Assembly: GCA_958295695.1 (NCBI GenBank)
Contig: OY282363.1
Location: 1,738,225-1,802,224 of the forward strand
Direction: 5' to 3'
Source: an uncultured Alphaproteobacteria bacterium
Lineage (GTDB): Bacteria > Pseudomonadota > Alphaproteobacteria > SP197
Length of the DNA stretch: 64,000 bases
Position 1 is the first letter of the stretch. Each line of letters starts with the position of its first letter. Below are positions 24,541 to 33,973 of this stretch, one piece after another. A program made the position numbers and the translations under genes. Below the pieces are notes generated by a model. That model searched no databases. It was not told the origin of the DNA and saw only the letters and a program-made list of their open reading frames with translations.

Positions 24541-25155
24541 TCACTGCGCGACCGCGCCGGCGACCAGCAGGACGAGGAGCGCCAGGCCGATGAAGCCGAA
24601 CCACAGGTTCTCGAAACTGGCCTCGGCCGGCGCGCCGTAGACGGGCCGCGGAGGCGGACGCCCGTTCGCCGCCGGGGCCTCGGCCGTCGCGGCGGGCTCC
24701 TCCCCGGTCCGCGACGGTTGCGCCACCAGGTCGTCGAGGGCGCCGAAGAAGCGGTCCGCGATCTTGCGCGCGCTGCCTTCGACCAGACGGGCGCCGACCT
24801 GAGCCAGCTTGCCGCCGACCTGGCCTTCGGCTTCGTAGCGCAGGACGGTCGCCGCGCCGTCGGCCTCCAGCGTGACGCGCGCGCCGCCCTTGGCGAAACC
24901 CGCGACGCCGCCCTGGCCTTCGCCCGAGATGGTGTAGGCGTTGGGCGGATCGAGGTCCGACAGGGCGACCCGGCCCCTGAAGGTCGCCGAGACGGGACCG
25001 ATGCGCGCTGTCACCCTGGCGGCGAAGGCGGTGGCGGACTCCTTCTCGATCTCCCGGCAGCCGGGAATCGCCCGCTTGAGCACCTCGGGATCGTTGAGGG
25101 CGCGCCACACCGCCTCGCGAGGAGCCTCGATTCTGTGTTCGCCGGTCAGATTCAT
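24541..25155 (-). CDS. coxG: SRPBCC-fold CoxG-like protein with C-terminal membrane anchor
   Basis: An internal ATG at 25155 is preceded by GGGAGA. Pattern: [33 protein letters not shown]... [11 protein letters not shown]...[11 protein letters not shown]. The tail is hydrophobic ([18 protein letters not shown]). Confidence 0.8.
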   Translation of the reverse strand: MNLTGEHRIEAPREAVWRALNDPEVLKRAIPGCREIEKESATAFAARVTARIGPVSATFRGRVALSDLDPPNAYTISGEGQGGVAGFAKGGARVTLEADGAATVLRYEAEGQVGGKLAQVGARLVEGSARKIADRFFGALDDLVAQPSRTGEEPAATAEAPAANGRPPPRPVYGAPAEASFENLWFGFIGLALLVLLVAGAVAQ

Positions 25156-25178
25156 CGGCGTCTCCCTGGGCGGACGGC

Positions 25179-26876
25179 CTAGCCGCCGCGGATGAGGTGG
25201 ACGATCAGCACGATCGCGAGCACCAGCACGATGGCGAGCGACGCGGCGCTCATCGCGGGGTCGCGCGCAAACAGACCCCGTGGGCCGTTCCAGCGCAAGG
25301 CCAGACCGATCGCGCCTTGGACCAGGTCGTGCGCGGCGGCCCCGAGCGGCGCGCCGGCGTCCGCCAGGAGGCGCCGGCCCCGTCGCGCCAGGCGCGGCAG
25401 CAGCCAGCGGTAGGTCCACTCCGCGTCGATATTCACGCCGGGCAGCTCGGGAGGATAGAGCCGGTGGAGCTTCAGCAGCGTGAAGGCGAGCGCGGAGAAG
25501 AAGAGGAGCTGGCACTGGGTCACCACATGCGGCCACGTGTAGGGCGCGTAGTCCACCGCATGGGGCAGCAGACCGTAGAGGAGATCCGGATAGACGCCGT
25601 TGAAGACGCAGACGAAGGCGGCGACCGCCATGGCGATCAGCATGGCCGGGGGCGCTTCCTTCGGCCGCAGGCCGGAATCGTGGGCGAAGAAGGCGAAGAA
25701 CGGGATCTTGATCCCGGCGTGGTGGAAAACGCCCGCCGAGGCGAACAGCAGCGCCAGCCAGATCCAGTCGTGACCCTCCTCGAGGGCGGCCGCCATGATC
25801 ATGGACTTCGAGACGAAGCCGGAGAACAGCGGGAAGGCCGAGATCGAGGCCGCGCCGACGATACAGAAGCCGGTCGTCATCGGCATGGTCTTGTAGAGGC
25901 CGCCGAGTTCCGAGCCGCCCATCCTGCCGGTGCGGAACAGCACCGCGCCCATGGTCATGAACAGGAGGCCCTTGAAGATCACGTCGTTGAAGGCGTGGCC
26001 GACGGCGCCGTTGATCGCCATCTCCGTGCCGATGCCGATGCCGACCACCATGAAGCCCAGCTGGTTGATCATGCTGTAGGCCAGAACCCGGCGGAGGTCG
26101 TTCTCGATCACGGCGTAGAAGATCGGGAACAGGGCCATCGCCGCGCCGATCGCGATCAGCTCCTCGGTTCCGGGGAACAGGCGGGCGAGCGCGTAGATCG
26201 CGACCTTGGTCGTGAACGCGCTCATCAGCACGGCGCCGGTCGCCGTCGTCTCGGGATAGGCCTCCGTGATCCAGCCGTGAAGCAGCGGGAAGCCGCACTT
26301 GACGCCCAGCGCGAGGAACAGGAGCCAGGCGGCCATGCCGTCGAGCTCGAGCGGAGCGAGGGCGAGGTCGCCGCCCTGCGCCGAAAGCACGACGACGCCG
26401 GCCAGCATCAGCAGGCCCGACGCGACCTGGATGACGAGATAGCGGATCGCCGTGCGTTCCGCCGAACGGGTCCGGCGCGCCAGGATGAGGAAGGCCGAGG
26501 TGAGCGCGAGGCCCTCCCAGAACAGGAAAAGCGCGACGAGATCCCCGGCGAACACCGCGCCGAGGGCGCATCCGGCGTAGGCGAGCGCCGCGGTGTGCTG
26601 CATGCGGTCGCGGGTGTGCAGGCTGTAGAGGCCCGCGATCAGCGCCGCCAGATGGAACAGCCAGCCGAACAGGGACGAAAGACGGTCGACGCTGACGAGG
26701 GTCACGTCGTGCGCGAGGAGCCCGGCCGTCAGGACAACGCCGGGATCGAGGAACCAGAGGTTGACCACGCCCACGACCGGCGTCGCGACCATGACCGCGC
26801 CGCGGACGGAACCGCGGGTGACGGCGGCGAGCGCGGCGCCGGCGAAGAAGACGAGGAAGGGCGCGACGCTAGTCAT
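25179..26876 (-). CDS. mrpD: Mrp/Mnh antiporter subunit D-like (NuoL/M/N family) protein, copy 3
   Basis: The 565-aa polytopic membrane protein has proton-pump family motifs (FLFWEGLALTSAFLI; GFPLLHGWITEAYPE; SMINQLGFMVVGIG). Confidence 0.85.
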   Translation of the reverse strand: MTSVAPFLVFFAGAALAAVTRGSVRGAVMVATPVVGVVNLWFLDPGVVLTAGLLAHDVTLVSVDRLSSLFGWLFHLAALIAGLYSLHTRDRMQHTAALAYAGCALGAVFAGDLVALFLFWEGLALTSAFLILARRTRSAERTAIRYLVIQVASGLLMLAGVVVLSAQGGDLALAPLELDGMAAWLLFLALGVKCGFPLLHGWITEAYPETTATGAVLMSAFTTKVAIYALARLFPGTEELIAIGAAMALFPIFYAVIENDLRRVLAYSMINQLGFMVVGIGIGTEMAINGAVGHAFNDVIFKGLLFMTMGAVLFRTGRMGGSELGGLYKTMPMTTGFCIVGAASISAFPLFSGFVSKSMIMAAALEEGHDWIWLALLFASAGVFHHAGIKIPFFAFFAHDSGLRPKEAPPAMLIAMAVAAFVCVFNGVYPDLLYGLLPHAVDYAPYTWPHVVTQCQLLFFSALAFTLLKLHRLYPPELPGVNIDAEWTYRWLLPRLARRGRRLLADAGAPLGAAAHDLVQGAIGLALRWNGPRGLFARDPAMSAASLAIVLVLAIVLIVHLIRGG

Positions 26877-27117
26877 CGTAATGGTCTTCCCCGCGCATGA
26901 CCGCCTTGCGCAGTTCCTTGGCGGCGAGGACGAGGATGACGCAGGCGACGAGGCCGTAGACCGCGTAGAACCCCGGCAGCGTTTCCCAGGGATGGTCGAT
27001 GTGCCGGTGGACGACGAAATCGGCCGCGAAAACGATGGCGCAGACGGCGTAGAGCGCCCGGATCGCTCGTTTCACGTTCTTCGGGTTGTCGAACAGGTGG
27101 GTTTTCTTGTCGTTCAT
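26869..27117 (-). CDS. small membrane protein within the Mrp operon
   Basis: An internal ATG at 27117 gives an 82-aa product with two hydrophobic helices (ALYAVCAIVFAADFVV; FYAVYGLVACVILVLAA). It overlaps both neighbours by 4-8 nt. I recognise no family. Confidence 0.55.
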   Translation of the reverse strand: MNDKKTHLFDNPKNVKRAIRALYAVCAIVFAADFVVHRHIDHPWETLPGFYAVYGLVACVILVLAAKELRKAVMRGEDHYDD

Positions 27118-28592
27118 GGGCTTGCTCCGGACGGGCCTTCCAGGAGGCCGATCAGCGGGTCGGAGAAGAGGAACAGGGCGAAGCAGCCGAGGGTCGTGAA
27201 CGCGATGGCGGCCAGGCAGGGAAGCGGCGCCTCCCTGACGCCCGGGGCCGCGCCCTCCGGCGGGGCGCGCAGGAAGGCGCGCACGGGGATCGGCAGCAGG
27301 TAGACGATATTGAGCAGGGTGCTCAGGCCGAGCACCGCGACCAGGACGGCCCGGTCGGCCTCGATCGCGCCCTCGACGATGAGCCACTTGCTCAAGATCC
27401 CGCCCAGGGGGGGCAGCCCGACGATGCTGAGCGCGCCGATCGCGAAGGCCGTCATCGTGACGGGCATCGCGCGGCCCAGCCCGTCGAGCTGCGAGACCTC
27501 GGTCTTGTGGGCCGCCACCAGGATGGCGCCGGCGCAGAAGAACAGCGTGATCTTTCCGAAGGCGTGGGTCGCGATATGGAGACCGCCGCCCAGGAACCCC
27601 GCCTGCCCGGCGAGCAGCGCGGCGAGCACGATGTAGGAAAGCTGGCTCACGGTGGAATACGCCAGCCGGGCCTTGAGGTTGTCCTTGGTCATCGCCACGA
27701 GCGAGGCCGCGACGATGGTGAAGGCCGCGCACCACAGCAGCGCGTCGGTCATCGCGAGGTCGCGCAGGAGGTCGAAGCCGAAGATGAACGCGGCCACCTT
27801 GAGAATGGCGAAGGCGCCGGCCTTCACCACCGCCACGGCGTGGAGCAGCGCGCTCACGGGCGTCGGCGCCACCATCGCGGCGGGCAGCCAGCGGTGGAAG
27901 GGCATGATGGCGGCCTTGCCGACCCCGAAGACATAGAGCGCGAGCAGCGCGCCCGCCGCGACGCCGCCGACCTCGCCGTCGATCACGCCGCCCGGCGTGA
28001 AATCGAGCGTGCCCGCGACGGCGTAGGTGCCCGCGATGGCGAGAAGCTGCAGGCCGATGGAAGTTCCCAGCAGGACGCCGAGGTAGGTCCTGGCGCCGCG
28101 CCGCGCCTCCGGCGTGCCGGCGTGGGCCACGAGCGGGAAGGTGGCGAGCGTCAGGGCCTCGTAGAAGACGAACAGCGTCAGCATGTTCCCGGCGAAGGCC
28201 ACGCCCATGGTCGAGGCGATGCTGATGGCGAAGAAGGCGTAGAAGCGCGTCTGGTCGCTCTCGCGGTGAGCGCGCATGTAACCGATGGAATAGACCGTGG
28301 TGACGACCCAGAGCCCGCTGGCGACCAGCGCGAACAGCATGCCGAGCGGCTCGACATCGAGGCTCAGCGGGAGCCCCGTCAGGGGTTCGGCCAGCGTCAG
28401 GCGGATCCGCTCGCCCGCCTCCAGGGCGGCGGCGGCCAGGGCGACGACGCAGAACAGGACGATCCCGCTGGCCAGGCTGACGCCTTCGCGCACGTTGGGC
28501 CGGCGCCGGGCCAGGAGAATCCCGACCGCGCCCGCCAGCGGCGTCGCGATGGCGGCGGCGGCGAGCCAGCCGGGATCGGGGAGGCCGTTCAC
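27114..28592 (-). CDS. mrpD: Mrp/Mnh antiporter subunit D-like protein, copy 2
   Basis: The GTG start at 28592 overlaps the upstream stop (GTGA). Motifs: FVFYEALTLATFPLV; MPFHRWLPAAMVAPTPVSALLHAVAVVKAG; STVSQLSYIV. Confidence 0.85.
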   Translation of the reverse strand: MNGLPDPGWLAAAAIATPLAGAVGILLARRRPNVREGVSLASGIVLFCVVALAAAALEAGERIRLTLAEPLTGLPLSLDVEPLGMLFALVASGLWVVTTVYSIGYMRAHRESDQTRFYAFFAISIASTMGVAFAGNMLTLFVFYEALTLATFPLVAHAGTPEARRGARTYLGVLLGTSIGLQLLAIAGTYAVAGTLDFTPGGVIDGEVGGVAAGALLALYVFGVGKAAIMPFHRWLPAAMVAPTPVSALLHAVAVVKAGAFAILKVAAFIFGFDLLRDLAMTDALLWCAAFTIVAASLVAMTKDNLKARLAYSTVSQLSYIVLAALLAGQAGFLGGGLHIATHAFGKITLFFCAGAILVAAHKTEVSQLDGLGRAMPVTMTAFAIGALSIVGLPPLGGILSKWLIVEGAIEADRAVLVAVLGLSTLLNIVYLLPIPVRAFLRAPPEGAAPGVREAPLPCLAAIAFTTLGCFALFLFSDPLIGLLEGPSGASP

Positions 28593-30064
28593 GGCAGGAC
28601 TCCCAGCATGTCGGCGGCGGAGCCCGCGACCCCGACGGTGAACTCGGTCGCGACGCCGAAGGCCACGCAGAGGACCGTCAACAGCAGGGTGGGCGCCAGC
28701 AGCATGGCGGGCGCTTCCCTGGTCCGCGGGCCGTCGGCCTCCCGGAAGTAGGCGGTCTCGACCACGCGCCAGATGTAGACGATGGCCAGGAGCGAGCTCA
28801 GGACGACGAGCGCGGCCACGGGCCAGAGTCCGGCGTCGAGGGCGCCGACGACGAGGTACCACTTGCTGATGAAGCCGACCGTGAACGGCACGCCGATCAT
28901 CGAAAGGCCGGCGACGACGAAACAGCCCATCGTGACCGGCATGCGCCGTCCCAGCCCGCGGAAGCTCCGCATGTCGGCCTTGCCCAGACGCAGGATGACG
29001 CAGGCCATGACCAGGAAGAGCGCCCCCTTCATCAGGCCGTGGTTGAAGACATGGACGATCGCGGCGATCAGGCCGTCGCGGTTCGCGTAGCCGATGGCCG
29101 CGGCGATGTAGCCGACCTGGGCGACGCTCGAATAGGCCAGCATGCGCTTGAGATCGTCCTGCCAGATCGCGACGAGCGAGCCGACGAAGGCGCCGGCCAG
29201 TCCGAGAGGGATGAGCGCCCAGCCGATCCGCATCTCGCCGAACGCGAAGTCGACGCCGAAGACGTTGAAAATGAACCGGATCAGGATGTAGGCGCCGACC
29301 TTGGTCGCCGTCGCGCCGAAGAACGCCGAGACGAGCGAGGGAGCGTAGGTGTAGGCGTTGGGCATCCAGACGTGCGCCGGGAACACGGCGAACTTGATCC
29401 CCGCGCCAACGACGATGAAGGCCAGCGCGGCCTGCACGGGCGCGGTGTCGCGCGCCTCCCGCAGCCTGACGGCCATGTCGGCCATGTTGAGCGTGCCCGT
29501 CATCATGTAAATCAGCCCGATGCCGATCAGGATGAACATGGCGCCGATGGTGCCCTGGACGAGGTAGTTGAAGGCGGCCGTCGTCGCGCGCCGGTCGGCG
29601 CCCGTGGCGACCAGGGCGTAGCTCGCCAGCGACGAGACCTCGAGAAAGACATAGAGATTGAAGGCGTCGCCGGTGATCGCGATGCCCAGCATTCCCGTCA
29701 ACGCGAGCAGGGCCAGGGTGAAGAACAGCCGCTGCGCGCGCGGCGCGACCTCCACGCCGACGCCGGGCCTTGCCGCTGGCATGACGATCGCGGCCATGCC
29801 CGAGACCAGCACGAGAAGGAGCGCGTTGAGGGGATCGACGGCGTGGCCGATTCCCAGAGGCGGCGCCCAGCCGCCCATCTCGTACAGGATCAGCCCGCGG
29901 TCGAGCACGCGGTGGAAGATCGCGAGCGAGACGGCGAAGGTGGCCCAAGCGGCCAGGGTCGCGAAGAGCCAGGCGATCCGGGGCCTGACCATCATCGCGC
30001 AGAGCGGCGCGGCGAGCAGGGGGACCGCCACCTGAAGCGCGGGCAGATGCTGGACGAGCGACAC
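28589..30064 (-). CDS. mrpD: Mrp/Mnh antiporter subunit D-like protein, copy 1
   Basis: The 491-aa product carries YVFLEVSSLASYALV; FPAHVWMPNAYTYAPSLVSAFF; SSVAQVGYI. Confidence 0.85.
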   Translation of the reverse strand: MSLVQHLPALQVAVPLLAAPLCAMMVRPRIAWLFATLAAWATFAVSLAIFHRVLDRGLILYEMGGWAPPLGIGHAVDPLNALLLVLVSGMAAIVMPAARPGVGVEVAPRAQRLFFTLALLALTGMLGIAITGDAFNLYVFLEVSSLASYALVATGADRRATTAAFNYLVQGTIGAMFILIGIGLIYMMTGTLNMADMAVRLREARDTAPVQAALAFIVVGAGIKFAVFPAHVWMPNAYTYAPSLVSAFFGATATKVGAYILIRFIFNVFGVDFAFGEMRIGWALIPLGLAGAFVGSLVAIWQDDLKRMLAYSSVAQVGYIAAAIGYANRDGLIAAIVHVFNHGLMKGALFLVMACVILRLGKADMRSFRGLGRRMPVTMGCFVVAGLSMIGVPFTVGFISKWYLVVGALDAGLWPVAALVVLSSLLAIVYIWRVVETAYFREADGPRTREAPAMLLAPTLLLTVLCVAFGVATEFTVGVAGSAADMLGVLP

Positions 30065-30068
30065 GGCC

Positions 30069-30434
30069 TCAGTCGCTCTCGCGCTCGCGGATCTCGTCTT
30101 CCTCGATCGAGCCGTAGGCCTCCCGGATGCGGACGATCAGCGCGAGAGCCAGCGAGGTCGTCGCGACCGACACGACGATGGCGGTGAGGATCAGGACATG
30201 CGGCAGCGGGTTGGAGTAGCGCGCCGCCCCTTCCAACACGATCGGCGCCGTGCCGTCCTCGACGTAACCGATCGAGATGTAGAGAAGGAACACGGCGGTC
30301 TGGACGATGTTGAGGCCGACGACCTTCTTGATCAGGTTGCCGCGCGTCATGACGATGTAGAGGCCGGTCATCAGCAGGACGACCGCGCCCCACTGGACCG
30401 CGTGGCCGGACAGGAACGAGAGCGGGTCCGTCAT
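30069..30434 (-). CDS. mrpC: Mrp/Mnh antiporter subunit C (NuoK-like)
   Basis: The 121-aa product has three TM helices and carries GLNIVQTAVFLLYISIG and PLPHVLILTAIVVSVATT. Confidence 0.85.
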   Translation of the reverse strand: MTDPLSFLSGHAVQWGAVVLLMTGLYIVMTRGNLIKKVVGLNIVQTAVFLLYISIGYVEDGTAPIVLEGAARYSNPLPHVLILTAIVVSVATTSLALALIVRIREAYGSIEEDEIRERESD

Positions 30435-30853
30435 CGCCGGCGGCGCTCGGCGAAGGTGTAGAAGACGGCGGTCAGCACCCCGGCGACCGTGACGCCGACG
30501 CCCAGTTCGATCAGGACGATGCCGACATGCTGGCCGTGCACGGGGTCGCGGCTGTCGAGCGCGCCGTAGTCGAGGAAGGCGCCGCCCAGGCCGAGCGCGA
30601 CGAACCCGACCGTCGCGTAGAGCGCGAGGCCCAGCGAGGCCATGGCGGTGACGGCCGCGAACGGCAGCGCCTGGATGGTGCGTCGGACTCCGAACACGAT
30701 GGCGTAGACGATGAAGCCGGTCGCGAAGATCACCCCCGCCTGGAAGCCGCCGCCCGGTCCGTAGTCGCCGTGCAACTGCACATAGAGGGCGAACAGAAGG
30801 ATGAAGGGCGCGAGCATCTTGACGACGACCCGGACGATGACGTTGTCGCTCAT
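30431..30853 (-). CDS. mrpB: Mrp/Mnh antiporter subunit B
   Basis: An internal ATG at 30853 gives a 140-aa product with LAPFILLFALYVQLHGDYGPGGGFQAGVI (MnhB domain). Confidence 0.8.
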   Translation of the reverse strand: MSDNVIVRVVVKMLAPFILLFALYVQLHGDYGPGGGFQAGVIFATGFIVYAIVFGVRRTIQALPFAAVTAMASLGLALYATVGFVALGLGGAFLDYGALDSRDPVHGQHVGIVLIELGVGVTVAGVLTAVFYTFAERRRR

Positions 30854-31395
30854 GGCTCGTCCCTCCGCCAGCGCCAGAGCAGCGCGATCACGCCGATGCC
30901 GGCGGTGAAGATCACGGTGACCTCGCCCAGCGTGTCGTAGCCGCGATAGCTCGCCAGCACGGCCGTCACGATGTTGGGGACGCCGGTGTCGCGCGGTCCC
31001 TCGGCGATGTAGCGGTCGGCGACGTGGTTGTGGATCGGCGCGGCCGCGTCGCCCAGCGCCGGCATGTCGAACGAGGCGTAGACCAGGGCCGCGCCGGCCG
31101 CGAAGGCGACCGCCAGGCCGAGGACGCGCCGCGCCGCGCGCCCGCCAGGCCGGGTCTCGCGCCGGGTCGTCAGGGAGAGGGCGGCCAGCATCAGCGTCAG
31201 CGTGATCCCGGCGCCGACCGCGGCCTCCGTGAAGGCCACGTCGACCGCGTCGAGCAGGGTGTAGACCGCGGCGAGCAGCAGGCTGTAGACGCCCGAGAGG
31301 ATCGCGATCGCCAGCAGATTGCGCATCCTCACCAGCGCGAGCGCCAGCGCGATCATCAACGCGATCAGAAGGACGATGTGAAGTCGTTCCATCAA
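30850..31395 (-). CDS. DUF4040 (MrpA C-terminal / MbhD-E-like) membrane protein
   Basis: The 181-aa product carries AVDVAFTEAAVGAGIT and NIVTAVLASYRGYDTLGEVTVIFTAGIGV. Confidence 0.75.
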   Translation of the reverse strand: MMERLHIVLLIALMIALALALVRMRNLLAIAILSGVYSLLLAAVYTLLDAVDVAFTEAAVGAGITLTLMLAALSLTTRRETRPGGRAARRVLGLAVAFAAGAALVYASFDMPALGDAAAPIHNHVADRYIAEGPRDTGVPNIVTAVLASYRGYDTLGEVTVIFTAGIGVIALLWRWRRDEP

Positions 31396-31736
31396 TCCGG
31401 CGCCTCGTCCCGCCCGTCGCCCGCCCGGTTGGCCGACGGGTCGTCGGGCGAAAGCCCGCCGAGAAGGGCCGAATGGGCGACCGCATGGCTGGCGGTCGGC
31501 GCCGTCAGCGCCAGGACGAGGCCGATGAGGACCAGCTTGACCGTCACGAGATCGAAACCGGTCTGAAGCGCCATGCCGAGCAGAAGAAGTCCGGCGCCTC
31601 CGGTGTCGACGACGCCGGCGGCATGGAGGCGCGTGAAGAAATCGGGCAGCCGGATGAGGCCGAGGGCGCCGATCGTCATCAGCAGGGCGCCGCCGACGAG
31701 CAGGACCCAGCTCGCGATATCCAGCGCGGCGCTCAC
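31392..31736 (-). CDS. mrpG: Mrp/Mnh antiporter subunit G
   Basis: The 114-aa product carries GALGLIRLPDFFTRLHAAGVVDTGG and TAPTASHAVAHSA. Confidence 0.85.
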   Translation of the reverse strand: MSAALDIASWVLLVGGALLMTIGALGLIRLPDFFTRLHAAGVVDTGGAGLLLLGMALQTGFDLVTVKLVLIGLVLALTAPTASHAVAHSALLGGLSPDDPSANRAGDGRDEAPD

Positions 31737-31996
31737 GGTTCCTCGCCCAGATGGCCGTGCCTGAAGAACCGGAGCGCGGCCAGCGTGCCGACGAAGTTCA
31801 GCAAGGCGTAGACCAGCGACAGATCGAGGAAGTCGGGGCGGTCCGTCAGGAATCCGCCGAGCGCGATGAGCAGCACCGTCATCGTGCCATGGACGTTGAC
31901 GGCGAGAATGCGGTCGTAAGGGGTGGGCCCGCGTACGGCCCGGACGAGGGTCGTGGCCATGGCGGCGACGACGAGCAGGGAGGCGACCGTGAACAC
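31733..31996 (-). CDS. mrpF: Mrp/Mnh antiporter subunit F
   Basis: A GTG start at 31996 gives an 87-aa product with RAVRGPTPYDRILAVNVHGT and LVYALLNFVGTLAALRF. Confidence 0.75.
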   Translation of the reverse strand: MFTVASLLVVAAMATTLVRAVRGPTPYDRILAVNVHGTMTVLLIALGGFLTDRPDFLDLSLVYALLNFVGTLAALRFFRHGHLGEEP

Positions 31997-32478
31997 TAGC
32001 GTCGCCCCTCCATGGCGCAGACCCGCCCGTTCATTTCGCCCTCCTTCAACTCTTCCAGCTCGCCGCGCGCCAGGGCGTGAACGTGGATCCTGCCCGGAAG
32101 CGCGGTGAGCGAGACGGTTCCGGGCGTTAGCGTGATGGAGTTGGCGAACGCCACGAGGCCCGCCGTCGTTTTCTGGTTCGCGTCGACCCAGCCCGCGGCC
32201 GGGTCGAGCGCGGCGACGGGCGAGAGGATCGCCCGGACGACCGCGAGGTTGGCGAGGGCGATCCGCCAGACGAGCCACGGAAGATAGGCCGGGAAGCGCC
32301 ACGCGAGCTGGATCGGGTGGCCCTCGCCGTCGATCGCGCCCATGCGGCGCGCGAGCGCCGCGACGAGGGCGGCGGACACGGCGCCGCATCCGAGGAGGAA
32401 CGGATCCCAATGCCCGGACAGCAGCAGCCACGCACCGAACAGGACGACGAACAGACTGAAGGTCCGTGCTGGCGGCAT
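31996..32478 (-). CDS. mrpE: Mrp/Mnh antiporter subunit E
   Basis: An internal ATG at 32478 gives a 160-aa product with FVVLFGAWLLLSG and FANSITLTPGTVSL (MnhE signature). Confidence 0.8.
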   Translation of the reverse strand: MPPARTFSLFVVLFGAWLLLSGHWDPFLLGCGAVSAALVAALARRMGAIDGEGHPIQLAWRFPAYLPWLVWRIALANLAVVRAILSPVAALDPAAGWVDANQKTTAGLVAFANSITLTPGTVSLTALPGRIHVHALARGELEELKEGEMNGRVCAMEGRR

Positions 32479-32706
32479 GACATCTCCCTGACCGGGATTC
32501 GGACCGGAGCCCGCCCTCGCGCGGTTGCGCGCGGAGCTCCGGAACGCGGGCGCCGAGTATGCCCGCCGTTCCGGTTCGGGCAAGCCCGCAGGCGGGTCGT
32601 GCCCTGATTTGAAGCTCTCTCCACGCCGGCCGCGCGGGAGGTGGAGCGTATCGTCGAGCGACATTGGAGGGCGACGGCGCTCGTGCTCCTGTTGTAACCC
32701 GTCGTC

Positions 32707-33231
32707 ATGGACCGAGAGAAAGCTCTTCCCGTTTCCTCGGGGGTGTCCGCGTCGTTCCGCCGTCGCGCGGAGCGCGTCGCGGTCGTCGCGCTGGTCCTGC
32801 TCGCCAGCTTGGGGGCCGCCGGCTCGGGCGCCGACGACACGGTCGTTTTCGCCAGGGATCGTCTGACGATCGAAACGTCCGACGGCCGGAGCCATCGCTT
32901 CGAGGTCGAGTTGGCGGTGACGCCGCGGCAGCGGGCCCGGGGACTGATGTTCCGCCGGGAGATGGCTCCGCACGAAGGCATGCTGTTCGTTTTCGAGGTG
33001 GAAGACCACCGAAGCTTCTGGATGAAGAACACCCTGCTCGCCCTCGATCTGATCTTCATCGACCGCTGGGGCGCCATCGTCGGCGTCGCCCGCGATGCGG
33101 TTCCGCTCGATCCGACGCCCATTCCTTCCGGCGTTCCGGCGGCCGGCGTCCTGGAGGTTCTGGCCGGAACAGTCGACCGCCTGTCCCTCGCCGTCGGGGA
33201 CCGCGTCGTCCACGCCGCGTTCCGCGAATGA
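32707..33231 (+). CDS. DUF192 domain-containing secreted protein
   Basis: The 174-aa product has a signal sequence and carries RARGLMFRREMAPHEGMLFVF...SFWMKNTLLALDLIFID. Confidence 0.8.
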   Translation: MDREKALPVSSGVSASFRRRAERVAVVALVLLASLGAAGSGADDTVVFARDRLTIETSDGRSHRFEVELAVTPRQRARGLMFRREMAPHEGMLFVFEVEDHRSFWMKNTLLALDLIFIDRWGAIVGVARDAVPLDPTPIPSGVPAAGVLEVLAGTVDRLSLAVGDRVVHAAFRE

Positions 33232-33337
33232 AACGGGAGACGGCGCGGTTCCGGGCCGTCGCGGGGGAGGGCGAGGCCCCAGACGCGATCGCCTGTTGAC
33301 GCGGTCGCGGCCGGACGCCACAAGGACCGTCGCCGGT

Positions 33338-33414
33338 CGGGGCGTGGCGCAGTCCGGTAGCGCACCTGCTTTGGGAGCAGGGGGGCGCTGGTTCGAATCC
33401 AGCCGCCCCGACCA
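33338..33414 (+). tRNA. tRNA-Pro (anticodon UGG)
   Basis: I folded the cloverleaf by eye. The acceptor stem is CGGGGCG/CGCCCCG, the anticodon stem-loop is CCTGC-TTTGGGA-GCAGG, and the T arm is GCTGG-TTCGAAT-CCAGC. The 3' CCA is encoded. Confidence 0.9.
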
Positions 33415-33533
33415 TCCGTCCGGGGCGGATGCGGTCGAGGCCGACGGTTCGGAACGGAAGGGGTGCGCGCTTGCGTCCGTCGTCGCGCATGGCGTAATAG
33501 AACGCGCGAGGGCTCGTGCGCCGGAGAGCCGCC

Positions 33534-33830
33534 ATGACCGCACGCATCTACTGCCCGGCCAAGACCGCGATGCAGTCGGGTCGCGCCGGGACCCGTTTTT
33601 GGGTCCTGGACTATGCGTCGTCGTCGGCCAAGACCGCCGATCCCCTGATGGGTTGGACCGGCTCGTCGGACATGAAGGCCGACCAGCTCCATCTCACCTT
33701 CGGAAGCCGCGAGGAGGCGGTGGCCTATGCCGAGCGCAACGGCATCGACTACCGGGTGACGGAGCGCCAAGCCCGCAAGATCGCGCCGAAGTCCTACGCC
33801 GACAACTTCGGGTGGCGGAGACCGGACTGA
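33534..33830 (+). CDS. ETC complex I subunit conserved-region protein (NDUFS4-like)
   Basis: An internal ATG at 33534 gives a 98-aa product with ARIYCPAKTAMQSGRAGTRFWVLDY...DPLMGWTGSSD...FGSREEAVAYAERNGIDYRV. Confidence 0.85.
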   Translation: MTARIYCPAKTAMQSGRAGTRFWVLDYASSSAKTADPLMGWTGSSDMKADQLHLTFGSREEAVAYAERNGIDYRVTERQARKIAPKSYADNFGWRRPD

Positions 33831-33842
33831 TCGTTTCCCCGG

Positions 33843-33919
33843 GCGCCCTTAGCTCAGCCGGATAGAGCAACGGCCTTCTAAGCCGTAGGTCCCAGGTTCG
33901 AATCCTGGAGGGCGCGCCA
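33843..33919 (+). tRNA. tRNA-Arg (anticodon UCU)
   Basis: The acceptor stem is GCGCCCT/AGGGCGC, the D arm is AGCTCAGCCGGATAGAGC, the anticodon stem-loop is ACGGC-CTTCTAA-GCCGT, and the T arm is CCAGG-TTCGAAT-CCTGG. The CCA is encoded. Confidence 0.9.
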
Positions 33920-33973
33920 TGGCTTCCCCGCCGCTTACGGCCTGTCGCCGAGTCCCTCGGGGACGGGCACGCT

